Shown piece after piece: positions 52,401 to 64,000 of a stretch of 64,000 bases of DNA. Both the position numbers and the translations under genes were made by a program. Within the stretch, counting starts at the first letter, position 1. Every line of letters begins with the position of its first letter. The stretch lies in NCBI GenBank assembly GCA_013239625.1, contig MU054323.1, positions 7,553,220-7,617,219 of the forward strand. Reading direction: 5' to 3'. Under the pieces are notes generated by a model. The model was not told the origin of the DNA, searched no databases, and saw only the letters and a list, made by a program, of their open reading frames with translations. Source of the stretch: Lama guanicoe. Lineage: Eukaryota.

Positions 52401-53641
52401 AATCCAAAACAGGGAACATGTTTTCTAAAACAGGAAAAAAATGCCTGACTTTTACTGTGTGTGTGTGCACGTGTACGTTCAAAGTAATATGAAGATCACT
52501 CCCATACTCCTCAGATGCCTGGGAGGTCAAAACAGGTTTAACAGAATGGGCAAACGTGGCATGAAGCAGTTTTTCTACCTGTAGCAACAGCTGATTGTAG
52601 AACAGCAGGTAACAGGTTGGGAGAGACGAGGACATGAGGGCCTCCCTTGTTTCTAGTGTTAAAATCGTTTCCAAAGTTCCTTGTGTTCAGTTCACCAGTT
52701 TCTGCACCTTTACTCCACTTACCCAACAAGACACATAGTTCAAATCACCCCATCACTAATGCCTTTCTGTTAAGTTTTACTAGTATCTCACACTTGTTTG
52801 TAAGCTCCCACAAATGACCAAGCCTTCGGAGATTCTGGCTGGAATCTCTGCCTTGCACAGGCGATGGTAACACAAGGCGCCCAGCGAGGCGGACCTTTTG
52901 TGGATCGCACTCCCTGCTTCACGGCAGGGGAGGGACTTGAGGGAGAAGCAGGGGCACACAAATGACAAGCAGAGTGCCTGGCAACAGTTCTGCTTTATGG
53001 AAGCCAACAACCAAGTCAGAACTTTCAGAGTCTGAACTACTACCTGGGAAATTAATACTTCATCAGAAATTTGAACTCAAGAAGGTTCCATCTAAGGTGA
53101 AGGGACTGAGTAAACCCTGAATCCAAATCCTGCGAAGCCTGAATAATCTATGTAAAGCCTGCAGTCAGGCTGTTGAGACAGAATCAGCATGAATGGTCAT
53201 TTCTTCAGACCATTCCTTCACTCCTTCCCTTCCCTAGCCTCTTAGGAAAGAGCCAAAGGGAAATCACTTCCTTTTACCATGTATGGCATTAAACTTTTCA
53301 GAGTCACACGAAGTGGAATACCAATCTGAAGTCGAAGTAATACATTATTACCTAAACACCTGGGAAAATGTTAAAACAAGATGTGACATATTTACATGAT
53401 TTTTAAGTGCAAACTTGTCACAAATTCACAAAGTCTTGCTTGACCTGGACTTACTATACAAGGTGCTCTTCCTCTAAAATGTGAGATCTGTACTCTGTAT
53501 TCCTGATTAAGTAACATTTGTCTCTTAAGACAACTGAAACCTACTTGTTTATTTCTGTGATTCCAAAAGGACGCAAAAATCACCTCTGTCTACCCTCCCC
53601 GCTTCCTGCCTCCCTCACAGTGCACTCTCCTTCTAGTCTTG

Positions 53642-56119
53642 CTACCGAACGACAAGGCAGGAGACACACAGTTTGGAGGGGCCAATGCAATCATCATGGC
53701 AGAAAGCTCCACATCCCTTGCACATGATCATGGCTTTCAATCGGCAGTAACATTTCGAAGGCGTATCCTCTATGCTGTTCTCTTCAGGAAAGGCTTGAAC
53801 AGGAATGGTCTGGCCGTGGCTGCTGGGATTCACAGCTTGGCTAGCAGGGATGGTTGTGACAGTCACTGAAAAGGACATGACATCACCGACATTGCTAGAT
53901 ACCTGGCTACAGTCAGGCACCCCGGGCACAGCAGAGTTATGGTCCACGTCAGAAGAGGTGGAGACGTTGATCATGCCTCTGTAGCTGGGCCCGATCTGTG
54001 TGGGGCTTCCATACAGCTTTGGGGTTTGCAGAGGTGGAAGGAGTAGAGGCTGATGGGTGGGACTGTCTGCAGGCAGGGGAAGAGCAGTGGAACTGAAAAG
54101 CTCAGGGCTGCTACGCATGGTCTTACCTCTCACTGCATGAGCCATCTGCTTCTGTGCTGCCTGAATAAAATCTCTGGCTAGGGTCTTCTCATCAAATGTT
54201 TGGCTTCTAGTGAACAGGTAATTCTCCTTGCTTAGAGTGGTTTGCTCAGGCACTGGTGTCTCTGCCTTCACATTCTTTTTAGCTAAACAATCATTGGTGG
54301 GTAGGGCTTCTCTACTGTGGGGTCCTGAACTTGCTTCATACTTGCCGGAACTCTGGGAAGCCTGCGGCTCCTCCTTTACCATGACAGATTCCTGCTCATC
54401 ACCAGTACTTTCCTCATCAGTATCATCTTCTTTGCTGCTGCTACTATCTCCTGTTACATTTTTACAGTCTGGATATCCCATTTTCAAGGCCTCAGTGGGA
54501 CTACTTAGACAAAACCGGTCTTCAGGGTTTACAGAATGGGTCCTCCTAAAGCTCTCTGAACCCCGGCCATAGGTGGAAATGTTCAGTAAGTAGTGACCTG
54601 CCATTGCAGGCTTGGATGTCCTTCTGCCAGCAAAACCCAGCATGAACCTCTGACTTGTGGAGATGTCCTCTAACTGGAAACCTGAGTGAGTAAAGTTGAA
54701 CTGCGAGGGCTGCACAAATGAGAGAACGTTCTGCCTCCGAACCCTTTGGATCAGAGTCTGAAGGATCTGATCTTGGGTTGCTTTACTCAGTCCTTCTTGG
54801 TACTGGTGTGCATCAATGCTAGAGTCCCTCAGATCCTTACCTGAAAAGAGCTGAAGAGGTCTTGGGACCTGGGGGAGCTGCTTGCTTTGCAAGGTTTTAC
54901 TCAGTTGCTGTGTAGCTGGATGGGGCTGTCTCTCATTAACGTCCTCTCTGGTGCTGTTTTCTGTTACAATGCTGCCTGCGTGTGCTCCCATCCCCTTCTC
55001 CTCTTTTGTAGTTAGTGGAACAGTTTTCATTTCAACTTTGGTGAGAGGTTTAGGCAGAATTTGCTCCATGGGAACATCTTTGCCCTGCAGCAGCTGAGTT
55101 ACCAGAGGATTATTAGCAGGGATACTAGAACTAGGCCTTGAAATGGGTCCATTCATATTTGAAGAAGTTCCTGGAGTTTTAAGGCTAGAAGCTGCTGGCA
55201 AAGTGCTCAAAGACAGAGCTGATCCGGTAGGTGCTATTGTTACACTGACCTGGGGCACAGGAAGCTTTTCTAAAGTGGCTGTTGTCAATAAAGATGTTAA
55301 AGGCAGGGGAGTCATATCCACTGAAACGCTAGCTCTTATCTCTGCTGAGGCTGAAGGGTTTGGTATATTCTTAGTAGAACCTGCTTTGGGCTCAAATGTG
55401 CCATTGGCTGCAAAACGAACAGGCGAGGCACCCGAGATTAGAGCAGGATCTGCAGGAGTAGGAGGTGCTTTCTCCTGCCTACAATTACTGGGCCCTTGTG
55501 GGTGGCTAAGAGAGGCCACTGTGGCTGCTGCCCTGATGGGACTCAGTTTTTCATGACTGAATTTCCCTAAAGCTGGTGGGGGTGCGCTAGTGTGGGCTGG
55601 TGACGGGACACCTGTGCATGCTCCACTGAGGGCGGATGTTGCAGGCGCTGAGGGGGTTTGCTGTAGTTGTGCTCCAGAGACACTGTGAGGCTGTGCCTGG
55701 CCTGGGGTCTTGGTCTCAGACTGGGGCTGAGTCTCTGGACCACAGGGTAAAAGCTCTCTCGTACCTCCCCTGCCTCCAGTTCCTGCCAGTTCCAGTGTGG
55801 GGCCCTTTCCAGTTTCACTGACTCTGTCTGAGTCTGGACTCCCTCCTCTAGCAGTCTGCCTTTCACTCCCCTCTCCTGGCCCTTGTCCCCCGCCTGGGCC
55901 AGGTCCCGGAATGGTCCCTCCAACTGAGGCGGCTGCAGCAGCGGCGGCGGCGGCGGCGGCTGCTGCCCTCTGTGCTTTGACCAGCTGGGCTTTTGCTTTG
56001 ATGTCTGCAAGAGTTCTGGCTCCTGTTCTGTTAGGACTAGTGATGGAGACTGGAAAACGAGCCCTGGGAGAGACCTGAAATGTAGGAAACGGCATGGGGG
56101 AGATTCTGGAGACCGGGAT
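53642..56119 (-). CDS. ASXL2: ASXL2 terminal coding exon (ASXM1 tail, 13-Ala tract, LxxLL motif, ASXM2, PHD finger, stop)
   Basis: Acceptor ttctttcag|ATC at 56119, in frame with the 817-aa ORF. Reads [11 protein letters not shown]...[13 protein letters not shown]...LVTQLLQG...[29 protein letters not shown]...[36 protein letters not shown], with TAG at 53644-53642. Confidence 0.98.
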   Translation of the reverse strand: MPVSRISPMPFPTFQVSPRARFPVSITSPNRTGARTLADIKAKAQLVKAQRAAAAAAAAAAAAASVGGTIPGPGPGGGQGPGEGSERQTARGGSPDSDRVSETGKGPTLELAGTGGRGGTRELLPCGPETQPQSETKTPGQAQPHSVSGAQLQQTPSAPATSALSGACTGVPSPAHTSAPPPALGKFSHEKLSPIRAAATVASLSHPQGPSNCRQEKAPPTPADPALISGASPVRFAANGTFEPKAGSTKNIPNPSASAEIRASVSVDMTPLPLTSLLTTATLEKLPVPQVSVTIAPTGSALSLSTLPAASSLKTPGTSSNMNGPISRPSSSIPANNPLVTQLLQGKDVPMEQILPKPLTKVEMKTVPLTTKEEKGMGAHAGSIVTENSTREDVNERQPHPATQQLSKTLQSKQLPQVPRPLQLFSGKDLRDSSIDAHQYQEGLSKATQDQILQTLIQRVRRQNVLSFVQPSQFNFTHSGFQLEDISTSQRFMLGFAGRRTSKPAMAGHYLLNISTYGRGSESFRRTHSVNPEDRFCLSSPTEALKMGYPDCKNVTGDSSSSKEDDTDEESTGDEQESVMVKEEPQASQSSGKYEASSGPHSREALPTNDCLAKKNVKAETPVPEQTTLSKENYLFTRSQTFDEKTLARDFIQAAQKQMAHAVRGKTMRSSPELFSSTALPLPADSPTHQPLLLPPLQTPKLYGSPTQIGPSYRGMINVSTSSDVDHNSAVPGVPDCSQVSSNVGDVMSFSVTVTTIPASQAVNPSSHGQTIPVQAFPEENSIEDTPSKCYCRLKAMIMCKGCGAFCHDDCIGPSKLCVSCLVVR
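55567..56073 (-). CDS. Putative ASXL2 transframe (TF) overlapping ORF in the +1 frame, 168 codons, with EHNY motif
   Basis: Open frame (listed ORF 55567..56145) overlaps the main CDS. AG_GTC_TCT at 56076-56069; GAG CAC AAC TAC (EHNY) at 55674-55663. Confidence 0.6.
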   Translation of the reverse strand, partial: SLPGLVFQSPSLVLTEQEPELLQTSKQKPSWSKHRGQQPPPPPPLLQPPQLEGPFRDLAQAGDKGQERGVKGRLLEEGVQTQTESVKLERAPHWNWQELEAGEVRESFYPVVQRLSPSLRPRPQARHSLTVSLEHNYSKPPQRLQHPPSVEHAQVSRHQPTLAHPHQL

Positions 56120-59100
56120 CTGAAAGAATTAGGGAGGAAAAACAACAGAGCTTAGTTTTCATTTATAAAAGTAACAAAACTTCATTAAGGCTTAAATTCT
56201 TAGAGTATGGTGAACAATGTGACACTTGTGACAAGGACGGGAGGCCTGTGGCTAAGGGACCAAACCATGGAGACAGTAACACAGGTTTGCTTTAGGGTCC
56301 TTCCACCTCCTCTACTGGTGCCAATGACGCTCCTCAACCTCCACTCCCATCCAAAAGTCTCAAACCTCTTTTCTCAATACAACTCTCTCCGAATGTCACC
56401 ACTACTAACATCAGTTGATTATTTAAGACACTGACCTTTCTATGGTATCTGCATTTTAAAACGTGTGTAAAAGAAAAGAGAGAGAAACAGAAAAAAAGTA
56501 GAAGAACATAATTACTGTCTTACTTCTTGGCTCTACTAACAAGGTCCAGAGGAAAATTCTTGTTCTCTTCTCCTTTACACACTCACACACACACATAGCA
56601 TAAGGCTGAGTTACCTCAAATTACAGAGGCAGCACAAATTCTAGACAGCACTGGAAGGAAGACAGTATGTGATCCATGCTGCCCACCCATATAAAGGAGT
56701 ATGTACCTAATGTCTATAAAGTTTACCAAAGTCATTCTCATTCCCTGCTGGCATTATACTTATTTGTTGAGTTTTAAAAAAACTGTACGTGCTCAAAGCC
56801 CTATTCCTAAAATCGCAAATTAGCACTCTTAGAGAAACGATGCATTTCCAAAAAGCTTCTTAGGAGATTCTGATGCCTCACTAGGTTTGAAACCACTGAT
56901 TTTCATATCACAAAATACTACATCTGAAATGAATGTGACTCCTGTTCAAAACAATATTTTGAAACCTACTGAAATTAATCAGAGTGCATCAATAGCTGGA
57001 CCTTCTAGTAGCTGGTAGAGTTTAAAACAGCAAGTAAGTGTTATAGATGTTCTAGGGTATTTCATTAAAAAAAAAAAAATTAAGCCACTGAGCCCCAAGA
57101 AAATGCATGTCATCTTTCTGGAACTCCTTAAATTGAGAATAATAATGTCATTAAAGGTTTTTCATTATTTGCAATACCCATTTCTGAAAAGGTCAACAGC
57201 CCTGAAAAATTCTCTGTCATTTAGAAGTTAGAGCTGTAGGATTGTGTAACATCTGTCACAAAGTCCACATATTTTGCATCATGAGATGTACTTAATCCCT
57301 CTTTTAAAGCTGAAACTATTTCATACCCAACTGCACACAGCATTTTAGAAGCTGCTCAAAGGGGAAGCAATTGTTGCCCTTTGGTAACACCATCTAGAGG
57401 AGACCACTAATAAGGAGAAAAAAACAGATAAAACTAGACAATTAAAAACAAGAACGTAAAACACACAGTTGTTTAAAGGAATTGTATATATATATGGGAC
57501 AAATAATCTTACATTAGAATAATCTTGAGCATAACAACATATCAAGCACAATAAATGATATTTATCATAATGACTGAAAATCATTAATAACATGTTCATT
57601 AAATAACAATCATTAAAAGTAGTTAAGTTTTAATGCTTAAAAATAATACTTTTTAGTTATTTATGTAACAGTCCTATTATTTGTTTATGTGGAATAAATG
57701 AGATGTTGTACTTTTTTATGTACAAAAACCACTCAAGGTTTTCTGGGCACTGATAAAAATTCAACAATTTTAACTTATTGAAAAGCTCTGCCCTGGTACA
57801 CCAAAGGAATCAGATTCTTTCTGTTACAAACGTATACTGAATGGAAAATATACAATGTCTGAGTTTTACATCTCTCGCTATGCATATATATGCACATTTT
57901 ATACTATAGATATGCATATATATAGGACATGTGCATGTAATTTTTATACACATATACATATACCATTTGTAATAAAATTCAAATTTTTTCTATTTAAGTT
58001 TTGTTTAAAAGATTCTGTTCTGTTATGAATTATGTTGAACTTTGTCTAAGAAAGCAGGATTTTGAGATAGGGTCTACGGTAAGAGAGTTACTAATGCAAT
58101 TTGTTTTTTAGAAAGTCTTTTTTAGAGAAATGAGGAAGGAGAAGTTTAAAAAAAAGGAAAAAAGTTAAGTAACATTAACGTGGTCATAGTGGATTTAAGT
58201 TTTCAGTGTAGAGCCTCTTTGGATTAGCAGGAAGCAGATGGATGAGGAAACAGAAATGACGGTTCTCACCAAGTGTCATTTATATAAAGTAAAACCTTAA
58301 CTGTAACTCAGCTTTCAGGTCAGGTCTGGAGATAAGCTGACATGCAGTAGAGAAAGGTTTCTAATATTTTTAAAAGATGAATAATAAAAGTGACTATCTT
58401 AAAAATCAAAATCTCTGGCAAAGCCTGATAGTATATGTTGCATATGTTAATGGTAGAAAAATGGAGGGGGGGGGAGAGAAATTCCTGAGTGTTGAAACCA
58501 CACATCTTAAAATTAAAAAGTAACAGAGAACATCATACTATTAGTAATAAGAAGCAAAATGAGAAAGAAGAGTCTCAGTGTACGAAACAGGTCAAATTCT
58601 AGCAACTGTTTCCAAGGGATGTTTCCAGGCAGAACTTAAATGTTAAATAAAAAAGGGAAAAAAAGTACTTCTATTTGGCTTATTTTTCTACTTATATCCT
58701 AATGTGAATGAAAAATACCCAGTGCCTGGGCTCATAGTAGACACAATAGTATTAATAAATACTACTAATAAAATGCATTAATAAATTAATACTATTTATT
58801 AAATGAAGAATGAACTGCAAACTGGTATTAGGCACAGCCCAGGTATATACTAAGATAATGACACTGCTATAGAAATTTAAAAGTTCTGACATGCAGCAAT
58901 ATAAGGCTAGAACATAAACTAATCACACATCCTAAGCAAGAGTTTCCTTCTTACTAAAAGTCCTTCAAGTAACCAGTGGTGACTCATGGCAGCCACAAAC
59001 ATTTCCTTTAAAAGGATGGAACAAAAAAGGTAGTTCTAGAGCCTCAGAACATCAAATCAGTTATGGCACTAAGAAAAGACCAAGGTACACTTAAATATGG

Positions 59101-59473
59101 CTCTTGGAACAATAAGATCTCTTAACCACACCAATGACCTTTTCATGTTTCTTACTATACTTATTTTGTCACATGAGATTTTCATAACTGTATTAAAATA
59201 CAAGAGTAGCCAGCAGAGGGGTGAGCGGAGGTGGATTACATTAGCTATCCAGGTACCTTGCTTATTCAAACACCAACAGAGTACAGATCTGTAAGAAAGC
59301 AGTTCTAAATCCCTGTTTAATTTTACTCATATATGACCACAGTTACATGAATATCAAATATATACAACTGCTTCTGCATTCAGAAAAACCACAAACACGT
59401 GAAATTTAGTAGGGACGACCAAAAACTTAGTGTTGAGACCATCTCTCTTTTTCAATTCTTCCCACTCTCTTAC

Positions 59474-60188
59474 CTTGAGAGGAGGTACTTTCCGGCCCTG
59501 GATCCTGTCCCCTCTACTGAGAAAGGGCTGCGGGGAGACTGGAAATGGCTGCTGGTGCTGGCGATTCTCAGTGACACGTGGCCTTTTCTCCCAGCCTGCA
59601 GGGACCTCTTCTTGGGTGAGAGAAGACTTCCTCTTGAGGCTTTCTGGGCTGTGATCAGCCAGACTTGATGGAGGCTCTTTCACAGTGGTCTCCTGCGGAC
59701 CTGCTTCTACTACGGGCTTCATGACTGTTTTTTCCACCCCAGGACTCTTGGGTTTGCTTGGGGATGTACTTAAAGCTTCTTGGCTTTCATTTTTGTTATA
59801 ATTTGAAGTTGTAGTGAGATGATTCTCTTTTTCAGACTCCTGTTCAGCAGAAGCAACTGGCTTCTGCTCCAAGAGAGCCTCATCCTTTGGGCACTTGGTG
59901 GGAGGAATACTGATAAGCTCATTTGTGTTGGTAGCTGAGGAAAGTAGGGGTTCTGTGGGTTTGGAGTTTGGCTGCATCTTATCTTGGCTTTCATGCTCTT
60001 CGTTTCTGACTGGTGATGGCATTTGCAGTACTTCTTTAGACTCTAACTGGGGAATTACTGGGACTATACTGACAGGAGAGCCCTCTGAAGGAAGCATGGA
60101 TTTTGGTTGCTCAGCTGGGATTTTCTTTACTTTGGGATTGCTGGGTGAGGCCATCAATTTCTTTGAATCTTCAAGGCTCAAGCCAGAG
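59474..60188 (-). CDS. ASXL2: ASXL2 penultimate coding exon (715 nt)
   Basis: Acceptor ccttttag|C at 60188 and donor AAG|gtaaga at 59474. Encodes [11 protein letters not shown]...WEKRPRV...RKVPPLK; phases fit both neighbouring exons. Confidence 0.96.
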
Positions 60189-60334
60189 CTAAAAGGCAGA
60201 AGACAGAAATATTGTAGTTGAGAAATGGCCCCTGCTATTAAAGGCATTATGAGATAATGGTATATGGCAATGCCTAGCAGAACCCCTGACACTTAGTAGG
60301 TAGTCTTCATATATTATCTTCACTATTACTATTA

Positions 60335-60568
60335 TTAGTGAAGGGTCTGGAGCCAGAGTGCCTAGATTCAACTCCTAGCTGTGATACCTACTAACCATGT
60401 GATACTAAGTGACTAGCCTTCTCTACGTCAGTTTCTTTAACTGTACACTGAGGCTAATCACTTCACAGTGCTGCTCTGATGAATAACTAAGTTAATGCAT
60501 GTAAAGTACTCAGAACAGTACCTAGTACATAATAAAAGCTCAATATAATGTTAATTATTATTATTACT
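60335..60568 (+). mobile_element. MIR in an ASXL2 intron
   Basis: ctggagccagagtgcctagattcaactcctagc...gcatgtaaagtactcagaacagtacctag. Confidence 0.8.
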
Positions 60569-62073
60569 TCTGCTTACAAAGGGGCTACACTGTCTAGAGG
60601 CATGTATCACAGACTACCCACAGAGAAGTAAAAGAAGACAAAGACCATGCATTCTGGGATTGTGTGTCTGGACTGTGATCAACTCTGCCCTGCAGTGCCT
60701 GTAGAGAGGCTGGCCCAAGAAATCTAAGGGGCCCCAAGGAGACAACAGGAGAGTTGTCGGTCGGTGTTCTCAGGAGGTTGGAAATCAGAACTCTTGAGTT
60801 TAGGGAAAGCATGTTTAAATTTCACTTGGCATAGCTCTAAAATTCTGAGATTAAGTGCCTCTGAGTTATCCTAAGAGTGAAGGCCAATTGGGACTTCCAT
60901 AATGTGGCCTGGCTAAGAGCCAGGCTACCCTGTAGTGGTTACTACAGACTTCTCCTAGTATCTTAGAATACTGTATAACAAGCAAAAACAAGACTGCTCT
61001 TTTTGGAGACTTCAAATAATCAGTACTGTGCCCCTGAGATGGAATAGCTATGGACAAAACTGGATAGTAATCAAATATAGTCCTTCAAAAAAGCTGGCAA
61101 AAAGTAATAGAAAAACCCAACAACTGCCATAATGCTCCATCTGCTTAATAAGGAAGGAATGAACAATATTCAATGGAATAATTACTACCTGTAATAATAG
61201 TCTAAATGTATTCACCATCATTTCTATAGAAGAGCTCAAAGCTCATACCAAGAAGGTAGAAAATCAGTGTATGGGGGTCTCCATCTCAGTAAGAACCACT
61301 CTCGAAACGACCATGAAGGAGATCAATGAACACTACTCGGAGATAAGGAAAGAGCCATTAGTTCTCAAGCGGTGGTTACAGAGTCTCCTTAAAGGCTGCC
61401 ATTAGGTAGACATAAGGAAGGAAGTGAGAATAACAAATAAGACTCTGGGTGTTCAATTCTACTTCGAACAGTACAGCTCCACTATCACCTGTTTACGTGT
61501 CTCCTTTTAAGATTTCAGTAAAGTTTTTTTGTCAGATTAAAAAAAAAAAACCAACTTAGACTACAGCCCCTTGCGAAAAGAGTTTGTATCTTGATTTAGC
61601 TATGCATATCTCCCAGAGTGCCTTCTTCGGAGGAAGGGCCGTTTGATTACATGTTGGGTATGATGGACCGTATTACAGGATTCCTAGGATTGCTCAGTGA
61701 TTCTAGATAAGATACCCTATTGTGGGATAATTGACTACTATAAAAATGTACAGAACTTCAGTATTCTTCTAAATTATAAAGTTACTGGAAGAAAAGCCAA
61801 TCTATTCAAAGAAAGGGACTCATTCAAGACAATTAAATCTTGATTTTTTTTTTTAAAGAAACCATACCACCCACAATGGGAATGTGTCAAGAGTCAAGGA
61901 TTATGAGGAGTCCTGTTCCGTGCATCTAAGATTCGTAAGAAGAAAAAATTTCCTTAATATAAAATAACTGATGTAAAAAATGGAAGGAAACGGTAAACTA
62001 GATTTTCCGGAAAGGTAAACAGACCACATGTATAGGAATTAACATTTGGTTTACAGAACCTGTCTTGATATTA

Positions 62074-62244
<171 letters not shown>

Positions 62245-63849
62245 TTACTGTTTGTAAACATGAATGAATCCTGCAGGAGTCCTTATACTACCATGTGAAA
62301 GTAACAGAAATTTCCCCAAATTCCTCACTCACTTAAGGAAGAACTACCTAAGCTCCATCAGGTGAAATAGAAATACTTGCATACCATTTCATGTAGTTTG
62401 CAGCACTCAGCTGAGGTTAACTGCGGCCTTTCCTCTGGGCTTTCCTTGTAGCACCTCCCTCCTGCTCCAAGCATCATATTCAACACAGATTTGTTTTATC
62501 AATAACCTTGAGTCTGTTCATTTCTTTTCCACTGGAAAAACAGCTATGTGCTTTCAGTAAACAATGCCACTGGATATTTTATTATTTAAAAGTTCTGTTT
62601 ACCCAAGGCAACTTATATTTTAGGCCTTTTAGCTCTAAGTGAATAATGAACAGCTATGCTCTTGCTTAAAGGCATTTGAGGTTCCAGTAAAAAGGTAGGG
62701 AGTTATTTCGGAGTTGTCAATTTTATAACTGTTCCAGAAATTGTACCAGTCTAGTGCCCTGGTAATAAGATACTCAATACGCCAAAGACCCAGCTGCTCT
62801 GAATATGCCATTTATTTTCCTTTACTAGCAACCACCTCAATCCTTCTCACTCCATCAGCAGAAAAGAGTGAATGTGCTTCATAGGCCATCTTCAAACCTG
62901 TGGCTCAGATAGGCTGTTCCTTTTATTCTCTAATACCCAGGACATCAGAGATTACGAGGTAGAAATGGTAGATTTGAAGTTTAAGACCTCCTGCGGATAA
63001 GACAAGGGAAAGGAAAAGTGTGGCTATCACAGTCCTGGGCATAGGAGTGGGAGAAAAGGAATTTGGCTGTCAGAATCCAACCCAGAACTTCTGCTCTTTG
63101 GTTGAGTCTTCTGTGCATGATAGAATGAGGAATAAACAATACTAAACGCTGTTCACCTGTGTACAAAGTTCCTGCTGCTCATAAAATATGATCGCATGAC
63201 TATAGCTATAGCAGTCACTAGTCATATGCAAAAAAGAAAAGTTAACACTGACAACAATCAAGGTTTCACTGTTGATAATAACTACTTTAAAAAGCTGGGA
63301 GACAGGAGGCATAAATCCAAATTATCCTTAAAGAAAGGTACTGGTAACAGGTATGTTTTAAAGAGCTTATGTGATTTTGATTCTTTCAGAAAAAGGGAGT
63401 CTCTCTGCTGAAGGAAATCTTTAAGAAAGATTGAAAGGTCAAAAGTAATCAGCAAGAGATGACCTTCTACACAGAATTTGCCCTAAAAAGAAAAACAGGA
63501 AGGGAAAAATCATCAATTACAATGAAAAATATAGATATTAATTAGCTGGTTAATTAACTCTAATTGTCAGTGATCTAATAAAAAGTCAGCAATGAATAGT
63601 ATCCCTTAAATAGCCCTTCTTAAAAATGTATTTATCTCAAAGGTTCTCACACTTGTTTTCACAAGCTATTCCTTGGTAAAACTTCATATGGCTTTTCAAA
63701 TGTTACTCTGTATTCCATGTGTACTGAAAAACAAACATAATATTTGAAATAAAAATAATACAGTCAGTGATTTTAATAATGGCTGAATACTGGTATCATT
63801 TGGGGGAAATTAAAAAAAAAAAAAAGAACACTGAAGCTCAGGGAAAGTA

Positions 63850-63935
63850 AAATCATTGAGAGTGGGGTCTGGGAGTCAATACTTTTAAAAATACCACAAT
63901 TGATTATAATGAGCAGTCAGGGTTAAGAAATGCTG
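63850..63935. mobile_element. MER5-like fragment
   Basis: ggggtctgggagtc...tgattataatgagcagtcagggttaagaaatgctg. Confidence 0.55.
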
Positions 63936-64000
63936 ATAGCAACTGATGCTACACGCTGGACAAATGCCACTAATCACTCAATTTGTTATGCTTTATAATT

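Larger units (their letters stand above)
45235..53641 (-). other. ASXL2: Probable long ASXL2 3' UTR (~8.4 kb)
   Basis: Repeat-poor, AT-rich stretch from the stop codon to an AATAAA just before the L1-dense block; length agrees with the long ASXL2 mRNA as I recall it. Confidence 0.6.

Noticed and set aside
56045..56068. Arterivirus-type CCCANCUCC stimulator 3' of the shift site
   Set aside because: Only imperfect look-alikes (CCCAGGGCUC, CCAGUCUCC) at non-canonical spacing
53639..56078. Plus-strand ORFs antisense to the ASXL2 terminal exon (also 59399-60221)
   Set aside because: Typical antisense shadows of a real CDS, with no supporting signals
59354..60292. 312-aa ORF as a standalone gene
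   Set aside because: It is the 715-nt ASXL2 exon plus read-through into both introns
61560..61710. Short hairpin (ccttcttcggaggaagg) and C-box-like atgatg in an ASXL2 intron
   Set aside because: No convincing paired C/D or H/ACA boxes on the host strand, and the stem is short enough to arise by chance

Overview
Mammalian genomic DNA, most likely camelid, judging from four Vic-1-like tRNA-derived SINEs. The right third holds the last three coding exons of ASXL2 on the minus strand (end of DEUBAD, ASXM1/ASXM2, C-terminal PHD finger) and a probable ~8.4 kb 3' UTR. A CpG island at ~8.0-8.95 kb carries a minus-strand non-coding first exon that, by recalled synteny, is the DTNB promoter. The rest is repeat-dense intronic or intergenic DNA (L1, L2, MIR, MaLR/ERV LTRs, MER DNA transposons). 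The main signal is a dual-coding region at the start of the ASXL2 terminal exon. A 168-codon +1-frame ORF follows an AG_GUC_UCU arterivirus-like -2 frameshift motif and encodes an EHNY HCF-1-binding motif near its end. This matches the previously predicted ASXL2-TF product, so it is not new in itself. A cryptic splice acceptor 70 nt into the exon would enter the same frame without frameshifting. Repeat family names come from recalled consensus sequences, and repeat boundaries are approximate unless a target-site duplication (TSD) is given.
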